Source: Ignavibacteriota bacterium
Lineage (GTDB): Bacteria > Bacteroidota > Ignavibacteria > UBA10030
Assembly: GCA_963701295.1 (NCBI GenBank)
Contig: OY969585.1
Span: forward strand, 1,472,001 to 1,536,000
Direction: 5' to 3'
DNA: 64,000 nucleotides
The notes beneath the pieces are model-generated. The model had not been told where the DNA came from, ran no database searches, and saw nothing but the letters and a program-made list of their open reading frames with translations. The position numbers and the translations under genes are program-made. Of the stretch, positions 7,889 through 17,700 are shown piece by piece (the stretch's first letter is position 1; every line of letters begins with the position of its first letter).

Positions 7889-10486
7889 ATGTATTTCCTG
7901 AAAACCGGGTTCGTACTATTGATTGCTTCAATTCTTTTTTCTCCATTCGCACAACCGCAGCAAGTATCATCGACTACTCCTGAGGAAGTATTTCTTCTCT
8001 TTCGTTATCAGCAGGGGAATGTGAATGAGATTGTTGTTGCCCAATATTTGAATGGAACTGTCTACCTGCCGTTTGGTGATTTATTTCACCTTCTGCAGAT
8101 CAATTATGCAGTTGACAGCGGAATGACCCGTATAACAGGTTTCTACCTTACTCAGCAGCGGCAATATGATTTAGATACTAAGAAGCTTCTTGCTCGCATC
8201 GATAATAAGGCAGTAGTACTACGGGAAGGAGAAATATCAAAAACTGATCTTGAGATCTATACACTGCCTTCTGTCTTTGAGAAAATATTCGGATTGAGAT
8301 TCACTGTAGATCTTCGCCATTTACAATTATCGCTGGAAACGGATGAAGTTCTACCTGTCGTAGCAGAACAAGAGCGTGAACAGCGAAAACAGATGTTGAA
8401 TGCTCTCAAGCAAGGACAAAAAGATTATCCATTGTTGTATGGACGTAGTCGCAGCATGTTTCGTGCAGGTGTGCTCGATTATTCGTTGACCGGGACACGC
8501 GAAAACGGATCGACGTCCTCAATGTATAATTTTGAAGGAGGCGCAGAAGTGTTCGATGGTGAATTGAACGCATCGATAAATGGAGCCCACGATCAGAATG
8601 GCTGGGGCAATGCGCAGCATGATCTCCATTGGCGCTATGCGTTCGATGAAAGGAAAGAGATCACACAGGCATCGGTCGGAAACTTACAAGGATTCGGAAT
8701 AACACAATCTCCATTCACCGGTGTCAGCGTCTCGAACGAACCGCTTGTGCCAAGGACGATGTATCAGACGATGGTCGTGGAAGAGCAAACTCAACCATAT
8801 TGGATGGTAGAGCTCTATCTCAACGAGCAGCTTACCGCTTCGGCACGTGCCGACGAGATGGGACGGGTTCGTTTTGAAATTCCGTTGACATATGGCACAA
8901 ACGTATTTTCTTTGCGGATGTATGGACCTTCAGGAGAAGTGCTGACAGAACGGAAACGTATTCAAGTGCCGTTCACATTCCTTCCATCGCATGAACTCAA
9001 TTATTCGATTAATGCCGGCAGACTACAAATCGGAGGGTTTCCACTCTATCAAGCGCAAGCAATCTATGGCTTGAGCAATGTCCTCACGAATCGAATTTCT
9101 CTTGAATATCTCCGCGATACACTGCGTCAGAGACCTGTGTTGACCGATGTCGTTTCAGCTCGCGTCGGCGAGAGTATGCTGCTTGCGTTCGAGGCATCTC
9201 CAACTGTCCGCTACCAAGCAAATATGGAAGTAATGTACCCGTCACAAATTTCGTACGATGTCACATACACCAAATTCGAGCCTGATCTGCTATACAATCC
9301 TTTGGCACAACGACATGCAATCCAGGCTGATGCTACAATCCCCTTTGAAGCCAATCAGGTTCATTATGTGCTTCGCAGCACGGTGAACCGGACAGATCTT
9401 GTTCATGGTTCAAATTTGTATTGGACAATCGGTGCATCGGTGTCGCATGGTCCGTTTATGGAATCTTTGGAAGAAAGATATTCTGAACTTGATGACGGAC
9501 AGGGAGGGATTTCGAGGAAACCAGCCCTCTATGCATCGGTGTTGTATACTGTACACCAGTTTGATGGACTGCCATTGGATATTAATTCATTTCTTCTCGG
9601 TGCAACAGCAACGTACGATCAATCTTCCAGACAGATAAGCGAGGTCACGTGCGATATTTCTGCAAATATTTTCAAGCAAGGACGTTTTCGCATCGGGTAC
9701 CAAAAGGATCTTTTATTGAAAACCACAACCGGCTTCCTCGAGCTTACATTCGATTTTGATTTTACCCGTTCGTCAACGTCGCTGTATACCGGAAACCGAA
9801 ATGCATTCAGCCAATCGGTAAGCGGTGCGTTGGTTTACGCAAGCGATGAGAATATACTTTCAGTCTATGGCAGGCAATGGAACGATAATACCGGTGCGAA
9901 CTTCCGCATGTTTCTCGATGAAAATGGAAATGACAAGTACGATGAGGGGGAAAAAATAATTGAAGGCGCTTCTGTCAGTATTGGGCAGTCTGCATCATAT
10001 CAGAAAAGCAGCGGTGGATTAGTGAAGGTCTGGGAACTGTTGCCATATGCACGCTATCAAGCAGAATTGCTTGATATTTCAATGGCAAATAGTCTTTGGA
10101 TTCCGAAACATAGGTTATTTGCATTTATCACCGATCCACACCGAGCGAAAACCATGGATGTTCCGTTTACGGCTGTCGGTATGATCGAAGGTACTGTTCT
10201 TCGTATACGAAAGGAAGAGAAAGTCCCGGTTCCGGGATTGAAAGTCCAAGTGGTCGAAGTAGGAGGAGCACTGAAGAAAACAATCTCTTTGTTCCAAGAT
10301 GGGTCGCTGTATTATGTCGGCTTGGCACCAGGGAAGTATATAATTTCCGTAGATTCGGTACAGCTCGTCATGCTAGGATTGATTGCAAAACCGATGATGC
10401 GTGAATTCATTATTAAAGCAACTGCTGAAGGGGATGCTGTCAGTGGATTAGATTTTATTCTTGTCGAATCAGATAACAAGAAATAG
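7889..10486 (+). CDS. Putative outer-membrane usher-like protein with C-terminal Ig/CnaB-like domains
   Basis: 865 aa; signal peptide; plug-like VELYLNEQL...IPLTYGTNVF...GPSGE; amphipathic beta strands; FLDENGNDKYDEGE; GLAPGKY; follows the chaperone. Confidence 0.7.
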   Translation: MYFLKTGFVLLIASILFSPFAQPQQVSSTTPEEVFLLFRYQQGNVNEIVVAQYLNGTVYLPFGDLFHLLQINYAVDSGMTRITGFYLTQQRQYDLDTKKLLARIDNKAVVLREGEISKTDLEIYTLPSVFEKIFGLRFTVDLRHLQLSLETDEVLPVVAEQEREQRKQMLNALKQGQKDYPLLYGRSRSMFRAGVLDYSLTGTRENGSTSSMYNFEGGAEVFDGELNASINGAHDQNGWGNAQHDLHWRYAFDERKEITQASVGNLQGFGITQSPFTGVSVSNEPLVPRTMYQTMVVEEQTQPYWMVELYLNEQLTASARADEMGRVRFEIPLTYGTNVFSLRMYGPSGEVLTERKRIQVPFTFLPSHELNYSINAGRLQIGGFPLYQAQAIYGLSNVLTNRISLEYLRDTLRQRPVLTDVVSARVGESMLLAFEASPTVRYQANMEVMYPSQISYDVTYTKFEPDLLYNPLAQRHAIQADATIPFEANQVHYVLRSTVNRTDLVHGSNLYWTIGASVSHGPFMESLEERYSELDDGQGGISRKPALYASVLYTVHQFDGLPLDINSFLLGATATYDQSSRQISEVTCDISANIFKQGRFRIGYQKDLLLKTTTGFLELTFDFDFTRSSTSLYTGNRNAFSQSVSGALVYASDENILSVYGRQWNDNTGANFRMFLDENGNDKYDEGEKIIEGASVSIGQSASYQKSSGGLVKVWELLPYARYQAELLDISMANSLWIPKHRLFAFITDPHRAKTMDVPFTAVGMIEGTVLRIRKEEKVPVPGLKVQVVEVGGALKKTISLFQDGSLYYVGLAPGKYIISVDSVQLVMLGLIAKPMMREFIIKATAEGDAVSGLDFILVESDNKK

Positions 10487-10576
10487 ACCTTAAGAGGTGC
10501 TGCTTCTATCGAATGCTCGAAGTTTGTAGATATTTCAATATCTTCTTTCACATCGTCATTCCTTTAAATCAGTTAT

Positions 10577-10609
10577 TGACAAAAACCCAAAGAAATGGGG
10601 CTTTTGTCA
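10577..10609. promoter_or_regulatory. Inverted repeat (terminator or activator site) between usher and small secreted gene
   Basis: tgacaaaa...ttttgtca with inner ccca/tggg. Confidence 0.4.
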
Positions 10610-10641
10610 GCCGGTCCAAGCCACTTTAAGAGATTTTGAAC

Positions 10642-10656
10642 TGGAATATCCTTTGC
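10642..10656 (+). promoter_or_regulatory. Candidate sigma-54 (-24/-12) promoter
   Basis: TGGAAT-ATCCT-TTGC with exact GG-N10-GC spacing, 24 nt upstream of ATG 10681. Confidence 0.45.
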
Positions 10657-10680
10657 GACATCTTCTCATAGCAAAACGCT

Positions 10681-11034
10681 ATGAGAAGACTCTGCACCAT
10701 ATTAACACTAAGCACACTGTTGATGCTTATTATTCCTTGTTCGCTTACCGCGCAGCACCAGGCTCATTCTTCGGCGAATATAACGGTAACAGTTCTGCCG
10801 GCGGTTGGTGTGGAAGTGCAGGAACGAATCTCTTCATCGCACGAAAAGGGAAATATTCAATCTGAATTTCTTGTAAAAGTGAATGACTCAGGAAAGTATT
10901 CCCTCCGAATTCTTGACGAATCAAATACATCATCCACACTTTCGAAAGTGCTCGATGCAAATAGTGTCTACCGTCTCCAGGGAAGAAAATTAAGCTCGAA
11001 GAAGATTGTCCAAGTCGCTCTTCTCAGCAGTTAG
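10681..11034 (+). CDS. Small secreted protein, possibly pilus-associated
   Basis: Signal peptide followed by SSANITVTVLP, resembling the N-terminus TANITANV of the 5946 subunit. Confidence 0.5.
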   Translation: MRRLCTILTLSTLLMLIIPCSLTAQHQAHSSANITVTVLPAVGVEVQERISSSHEKGNIQSEFLVKVNDSGKYSLRILDESNTSSTLSKVLDANSVYRLQGRKLSSKKIVQVALLSS

Positions 11035-11367
11035 CGGTTCCTTCCCGCATTTTGTTGGTCATCATAATCTTGTTGAGTAATTCACTAAAGAATTCATTTC
11101 TATATCTTCAACTGATGTACATTCAAGGGCAGATTTGCACGGAATAGCGTTGACATGAAGCAATCGAAAATGTCCATACTCACGTATGGATATCCTTCGC
11201 ACTCAGTCTTCTTTTTTCTTGCTATAAGAAGCCGCACACTATCATCGTTAATGCCTATTTATAGATATTTGGTGCAATAATTTGTAACTTAAGTTGAAAA
11301 TAGCATCACCTAATATTATCATTATTTTTTCCTTTGAAAGGATTCAATTGAACAAGAAGAGTGATGG

Positions 11368-11607
11368 ATGGCTGAAATTGTAAAAAAAGTTAAGGGAACG
11401 GTCGTTATCGTGAACGAACGATGCAAGGGCTGCGGTTTTTGTGTCGAGTTCTGTCCGACAAAATGTTTGGAACTTTCCGGTCAATACAATTCAAAGGGAT
11501 ATCATCCTCCGGTACTTGTGCGGAAGGATGATTGCACAGGCTGTGATATTTGCGGAATGGTTTGTCCGGATTTTTCCATCTATGGTTTTATGAAAAAGAA
11601 GGAGTAG
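11368..11607 (+). CDS. korD: 2-oxoacid:ferredoxin oxidoreductase delta subunit (2x[4Fe-4S])
   Basis: CKGCGFCVEFCP and CTGCDICGMVCP; first gene of the OFOR operon. Substrate not certain. Confidence 0.85.
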   Translation: MAEIVKKVKGTVVIVNERCKGCGFCVEFCPTKCLELSGQYNSKGYHPPVLVRKDDCTGCDICGMVCPDFSIYGFMKKKE

Positions 11608-11611
11608 GAAT

Positions 11612-12769
11612 GTGCACGATGATTCAGAAGTATTAACAGGAGCACACTTTATCGACGGTGATCATGCATGCAGCGAAGGTGCTATTGCGGCAGGTTGTCG
11701 GTTCGTTGCAGGTTATCCGATTACACCATCCACAGAAATTGTGGAACGTATCGCGGAACGGTTCCCATTTGTCGGCGGAGTGTTTATTCAGATGGAAGAT
11801 GAAATTGCTTCGTCTATAGCAATCCAAGGTGCTGTGTGGGCGGGGAAGAAGGCCATGACCGTCACGTCGGGTCCCGGTTTCTCGTTGATGATGGAACACA
11901 TTGGGTTTGCTGCGATGACAGAAACTCCCTGTGTCTTTGTCGATGTACAGCGCGCGGGCCCTTCTACGGGCTTGCCAACGATGCCGGCGCAAGGTGATAT
12001 GATGCAGGCACGTTGGGGTTCGCATGGTGATTATGGCATTATTGCTTTGTGCCCAAATTCGCCGCAGGAATGTTTCGATTTGACAATTAGAGCATTTAAT
12101 CTTGCAGAACAATTCCGCGTACCGGTTTTGCTAATGATGGATGAGTGCGTCGGTCACATGATCGAGCGTGTTGTTATCCCTCCTACGCGTGAAATTCAAG
12201 TTTTTAAACGGCGCTACTATCATGGTCTAAAGAATGAGTTACTGCTATTTCAGCCAGATAACGATCTTGTTCCGCCTATGGTGAAAACAGGCGAAGGATA
12301 TCAGATACATGTGACCGGCTTGACGCATGATGAAAAGGGTTATCCGAACATGACGGTCGGTGCACAGGCTAAGCTTGTAACCCGGTTGGTGAACAAGCTT
12401 CGTGTCAATGTTGATAAGATCGTTGATTTTCGGGAAGATGGTGTTGAAGGTGCTGATATTGTTGTTGTGACGTACGGCATTACATCGCGCACTGCAATTC
12501 CCGCTATTGAACAAACACGGAAGGAAGGTATGCGTATCGGTCACTTACGACTTGTAACCGCATGGCCTTTTCCGGAAAAACGGATTCGCGAATTAGCATC
12601 CAAAGTAAAAACATTTGTAGTACCTGAACTTAATCTCGGACAAATGGTTTATGAAGTTGAACGACTTGCTAGCGGTAAAGCAAAAGTCGAACTTGTTCCG
12701 CACGCTGGCGGTACGGTGCACAATCCAAAAGAAATTTATACAACAATTAAACATTCGGTGAAAGGATAA
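11612..12769 (+). CDS. korA: 2-oxoacid:ferredoxin oxidoreductase alpha subunit
   Basis: GYPITP, QMEDE, TSGPGFSLM, DVQRAGPSTGLPT. Confidence 0.9.
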   Translation: MHDDSEVLTGAHFIDGDHACSEGAIAAGCRFVAGYPITPSTEIVERIAERFPFVGGVFIQMEDEIASSIAIQGAVWAGKKAMTVTSGPGFSLMMEHIGFAAMTETPCVFVDVQRAGPSTGLPTMPAQGDMMQARWGSHGDYGIIALCPNSPQECFDLTIRAFNLAEQFRVPVLLMMDECVGHMIERVVIPPTREIQVFKRRYYHGLKNELLLFQPDNDLVPPMVKTGEGYQIHVTGLTHDEKGYPNMTVGAQAKLVTRLVNKLRVNVDKIVDFREDGVEGADIVVVTYGITSRTAIPAIEQTRKEGMRIGHLRLVTAWPFPEKRIRELASKVKTFVVPELNLGQMVYEVERLASGKAKVELVPHAGGTVHNPKEIYTTIKHSVKG

Positions 12770-12774
12770 AGCCG

Positions 12775-13683
12775 ATGGGAGAAGATGCATTGTATACCAT
12801 TGACAATGTCGTTCCTCCAAATCCAATTGAAAATTTATTACGGGTGGATCGCATTCCGCATATCTGGTGTCCCGGATGTGGTATCGGTTCAACTGTCAAT
12901 TGTTTTGTGCGTGCCCTGCAAACCAGCGGATTGAATTTGGACAAAGTAGCGATTGTCTCTGGTATCGGCTGCACAGGCCGTGTTGCCGGTTACATCAAAC
13001 TGGATTCTTTTCATACTACGCATGGCCGTGCAATTCCATTTGCAACCGGATTGAAGCTGGCAAATCCGGAATTGAAAGTCGTTGTCTATAGTGGTGACGG
13101 CGATTTGACAGCTATTGGCGGCAATCATTTCATTCATGCAGCACGTCGCAATGTGGATATGACTGTTATCCTCATCAATAATATGGTTTATGGAATGACC
13201 GGCGGACAAGTTGCGCCCACGACACCGATTTCTGCAACAGCATCGACGACCCCGTATGGGAATTTCGAACAGACATTTAACCTGCCGTTCCTTGCCGAGT
13301 CCTGCGGGGCGGTGTACGTGGCGCGATGGACAGCGTTTCATGTGCGCCATGCTACAAAGTCCATCAAAGAAGCGCTTACAAAGAAGGGATTTTCGTTTGT
13401 CGAGATTCTTGCAGCATGTCCAACATTATACAGCCGCCGCAACAAACTTGGCGATGGTCTCGATCAGATGGTTTATTTTCGCGAGCAGAGCGAAATTAAG
13501 AACGGCGCCGACACGAAATCGGTTGCGCTCAACTTCCAGGGTAAAATCATAATTGGAAAATTTGTCGATATCGAACGACCTTCATATCAACAATCAATGT
13601 ACGATCATCTCAGGAAAAAACTCGGGGATCAATATATACCCTCAACAGAAATGAAGAACGTCTATGGCAAGAACAGAAATTAA
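12775..13683 (+). CDS. korB: 2-oxoacid:ferredoxin oxidoreductase beta subunit (TPP-binding)
   Basis: WCPGCG, SGIGC, HTTHGRA, GDGD...NN, YGMTGGQ. Confidence 0.9.
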   Translation: MGEDALYTIDNVVPPNPIENLLRVDRIPHIWCPGCGIGSTVNCFVRALQTSGLNLDKVAIVSGIGCTGRVAGYIKLDSFHTTHGRAIPFATGLKLANPELKVVVYSGDGDLTAIGGNHFIHAARRNVDMTVILINNMVYGMTGGQVAPTTPISATASTTPYGNFEQTFNLPFLAESCGAVYVARWTAFHVRHATKSIKEALTKKGFSFVEILAACPTLYSRRNKLGDGLDQMVYFREQSEIKNGADTKSVALNFQGKIIIGKFVDIERPSYQQSMYDHLRKKLGDQYIPSTEMKNVYGKNRN

Positions 13684-14227
13684 GATCGGCGGATTTGGAG
13701 GGCAGGGAGTTATTCTCAGCGGTTATATTATCGGTCGGGCTGCTTCTATCTATGATAATAAGTTCGCAACGATGATTCAAGCATTTGGGCCGGAGGCACG
13801 TGGAAGTTCTACCAGCGCTCAAATTATTGTTTCGGATGAACAAATCACCTATCCATACATCACTGCTCCGAATCTTATGGTGCTGATGTCTCAAGAGTCC
13901 TACGTAAAGTTTTCCGGCGAGCTTGTTTCCGGCGGCACTCTTATAACAGAAGAAGATCTGGTTACACCTCGTAGTCTACCCAATGATATCAAGCACTATT
14001 CAATTCCTGCAACTCGTTTTGCTGAGGAGTTAGGGAAACGTATGGTGTTGAATATTGTGATGATGGGGTTCACTACTGCTATTACTAGAATTATCGACGA
14101 ACGGGCGATGGGGGAAGCCGTAAAAGTCTCGGTTCCTAAAGGCACGGAAGAGTTAAATATCCTGGCGTTTATAAAAGGGTTGGAATATGGAAGGAAACTC
14201 ATTGAAGAAAAAAGTGCCCTTGCATAA
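13664..14227 (+). CDS. korC: 2-oxoacid:ferredoxin oxidoreductase gamma subunit
   Basis: GGFGGQGVIL, GPEARG, NIVMMG. Confidence 0.9.
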   Translation: MARTEIKIGGFGGQGVILSGYIIGRAASIYDNKFATMIQAFGPEARGSSTSAQIIVSDEQITYPYITAPNLMVLMSQESYVKFSGELVSGGTLITEEDLVTPRSLPNDIKHYSIPATRFAEELGKRMVLNIVMMGFTTAITRIIDERAMGEAVKVSVPKGTEELNILAFIKGLEYGRKLIEEKSALA

Positions 14228-14479
14228 TACTCCTGATGTGATGAATTGAAGATTTATTTTCGAGAGGAAATAGATTGAATTATCGACAACGTTCGGTTTC
14301 CTTCCATTAGTTTTCTAACCATTTGTAAATTCTTAAACCGTATTGTGCTTTAAACCTATCGAAGTTGATTGTTTTTCAATTTATAGGAGATGGTTTTTCT
14401 ACTTTCGATCCTAAGATATGGCAAGACTTTACACTTAAGGGTAATTTATAAAACTGCTATCTTGGAAACGGATTGATAT

Positions 14480-14608
14480 GAACAAGCCGTGATTGAAGCT
14501 ATGAAAGTCTCTGTCCCGAAGGGAACAGAAGAACTTAAGTTGAATTCGTTTCTCAAAGGACTTGAGTAGGGCAAAAAAATTCTTGAAAACAAGTATCTAT
14601 CAACGTGA
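14480..14608 (+). pseudogene. Orphan copy of the gamma-subunit 3' end
   Basis: From 14495: EAMKVSVPKGTEELKLNSFLKGLE*GKKILENK versus EAVKVSVPKGTEELNILAFIKGLEYGRKLIEEK in the intact gene; TAG at 14567-14569. Confidence 0.85.
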
Positions 14609-14645
14609 AGAGAGATTATTGGTTAGCCGTCTAGTACCTACGTAA

Positions 14646-14681
14646 GGGCAGAGCTTAAGACATAATCTTTAAGCTCTACCC
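14646..14681. terminator. Hairpin between convergent units
   Basis: gggcagagcttaa...ttaagctctaccc. Confidence 0.55.
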
Positions 14682-14709
14682 ACAGACATAGCCTCTGAGA
14701 AGCCTCTTT

Positions 14710-17700
14710 TTATTTCGTCAACATCATTTTTCTGATTTGTACTTTTCCTTCAGCTTTCAATCTCGCATAATACATTCCACTCGCAAGATTATTCGCATTG
14801 AAGGTCACAGTGTGATGTCCTGCTTGTTGTACTTGATTCACAAGCGTTACAATTTCTTTACCTAGGATGTCGTAAACGATCAACCGTACTTCAGCAGTTG
14901 TGCTTAGTTGATAACCAATCTCTGTTGAAGGATTGAACGGGTTTGGGAAATTCTGTTCCAGCAAGAAGCCGCTCGGTACTTGCACAGTTGATTCTACAGA
15001 TGTGGTTAATGATTCATAAACACCGAGTTCGAAAAATGAAATACCCAATTGAGTACCGCGTTGAATACCGATCAAACGCACATACCGTGCATTAACGGGA
15101 TCAAAATTTAATTCTATAGTATCCGGTCCAGAAGCATATCCAGTTACTACATCAGTAAAGATTAGACCATCCAACGATGTACTAATCGTAAATTGAGAGG
15201 CGTATGAACTATCCCATGTGATAGTGATATGGTCGATAGTTGTTATATCCTGAAGATCGACCTGCCACCATTGATTATCTGTATACGCAGAACTCCAGCG
15301 AGTGGTTGGATTTCCGTCATTTGCTTTATTTGCTTCGTCTCCTGTCAGTTCAACGGTGGAAGCAGTGCTTGGCATATCGAGCGCTTTATTTCGAGATAAT
15401 TTTTGTGGCCTTACATAGACTTTTTTTACGTATGAAGTATTTCCATTGATATTAGATAATATCAAAGTAAATCGAGTCGTAGCTCTTATAATTCTCGTAA
15501 TAGATCCATTTGTAACGACCGTTCCGATCCCATTATTGATAGAAGCAGAAGAAGCATTGGAAGAAGTCCAGGTGAGTGTGACAGAACCACCGCGTTCTGG
15601 GAGTGTATCAGATGATGCGATGAATGTTCCAGTGGGTGGAGGCAAGTCTGATAATCCATTTCCACTCACAAACACACTTTTTGTCACTGCGCCCCCTCCA
15701 CCAATTGTGATGGAATCTGAGTATGATTGCACAGTCGTTGGAGAAAACCTCACATAGATTATTTTCGGTATAGGTTGGAGTGTTCCGCTTGTATATGCTA
15801 TTCTTTTTGATGAAGTAAAGCCTGAGCTACTATCAGTTGATATTGTAAATCCCGATGGCGCTGTAATGGTAAGTGAGTCAGATGCAGGCGATAAATTCAA
15901 TCCCACTAACGTATAAGTCAGTTCACTTGATATCGTATTGATGGTAACATTTCCGAATGATAAAGATGTCGGGTTTACCGTCAGCGCGGATGCCGTAGCA
16001 GAGATGCCTGTTCCGGTCACTGCGACATTCTGTGTTGTTGCACCGCCTCCTGCATTCGTGATATTGCCAGTATAACTCTGCACTGCCGTCGGAGAGAACC
16101 TAACATAGATTGTTTTCGCAGAAAGTGTTCCACCTGTATATGCTATTCTTTTTGATGAAGTAAAGCCTGAGCTACTATCAGTTGATATTGTAAATCCCGA
16201 TGGTGCTGTAATGGTAAGTGAGTCAGCTGCAGGCGACAAGTTCAATCCCGTTAACGTATAAGTCAGCTTACTTGATATCATATTGATGGTAACATTCCCA
16301 AATGATAAAGATGTCGGGTTTACCGTCAGAGCAGGTGTTGGTGCACTAATACCGCTACCGGTTACCGCAACATTCTGTGTTGTTGCACCGCCACCTGCAT
16401 TTGTGATATTGCCAGTATAACTCTGCACTGCCGTCGGAGAGAACCTAACATAGATTGTTTTCGCAGAAAGTGTTCCGCCTGTATATGCTATTCTTTTTGA
16501 TGAAGTAAAGCCTGAGCTACTATCAGTTGATATTGTAAATCCCGATGGCGCTGTAATGGTAAGTGAGTCAGATGCAGGCGATAAATTCAATCCCACTAAC
16601 GTATAAGTCAGTTCACTTGATATCGTATTGATGGTAACATTTCCGAATGATAAAGATGTCGGGTTTACCGTCAGCGCGGATGCCGTAGCAGAGATGCCTG
16701 TTCCGGTCACTGCGACATTCTGTGTTGTTGCACCGCCTCCTGCATTCGTGATATTGCCAGTATAACTCTGCACTGCCGTCGGAGAGAACCTAACATAGAT
16801 TGTTTTCGCAGAAAGTGTTCCACCTGTATATGCTATTCTTTTTGATGAAGTAAAGCCTGAGCTACTATCAGTTGATATTGTAAATCCCGATGGTGCTGTA
16901 ATGGTAAGTGAGTCAGCTGCAGGCGACAAGTTCAATCCCGTTAACGTATAAGTCAGCTTACTTGATATCATATTGATGGTAACATTCCCAAATGATAAAG
17001 ATGTCGGGTTTACCGTCAGAGCAGGTGTTGGTGCACTAATACCGCTACCGGTTACCGCAACATTCTGTGTTGTTGCACCGCCACCTGCATTTGTGATATT
17101 GCCAGTATAACTCTGCACTGCCGTCGGAGAGAACCTAACATAGATTGTTTTCGCAGAAAGTGTTCCGCCTGTATATGCTATTCTTTTTGATGAAGTAAAG
17201 CCTGAGCTACTATCAGTTGATATTGTAAATCCCGATGGCGCTGTAATGGTAAGTGAGTCAGATGCCGGCGATAAATTTGAGCCTTGCACGGTATATGTTT
17301 TTTTGCTCGAAATCGTATTCACGATTACATTGCCAAAAGAAAAGGATGATGGAGTGATTGTCAATGTTCCTGTTGGTGAACTTGCATCCGAATTCCATAC
17401 TGATCCCGATTCGAGTCCTGTCGCTGCTTGGAATGCTGATAATGACGTGTAAAATACTTCATTAGGATACGGCGTTGCATTAAACCGTCCCGGACTATGG
17501 AAGCTATTATTTATGGATGTTAAGCCAGTAGTAGCATCAAATTTATCCAAGTTAGAATTCGATTGCTGTCCGGTAACATCGTTATGTTCAAATAATATTG
17601 TAGCAGAAGTGCCGAAAACAGATTCAACGCCTTGTCCTGTCGCAAAACAGTTTATCGTATTATTGTAAATATGGTCTTGACCTGTTCCACCTAATTGTTC

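Noticed and set aside
14567-14569. Pyrrolysine or readthrough at the in-frame TAG
   Set aside because: The fragment has no start or upstream open frame, other genes here end in TAG, and it is a single change from a Tyr codon.
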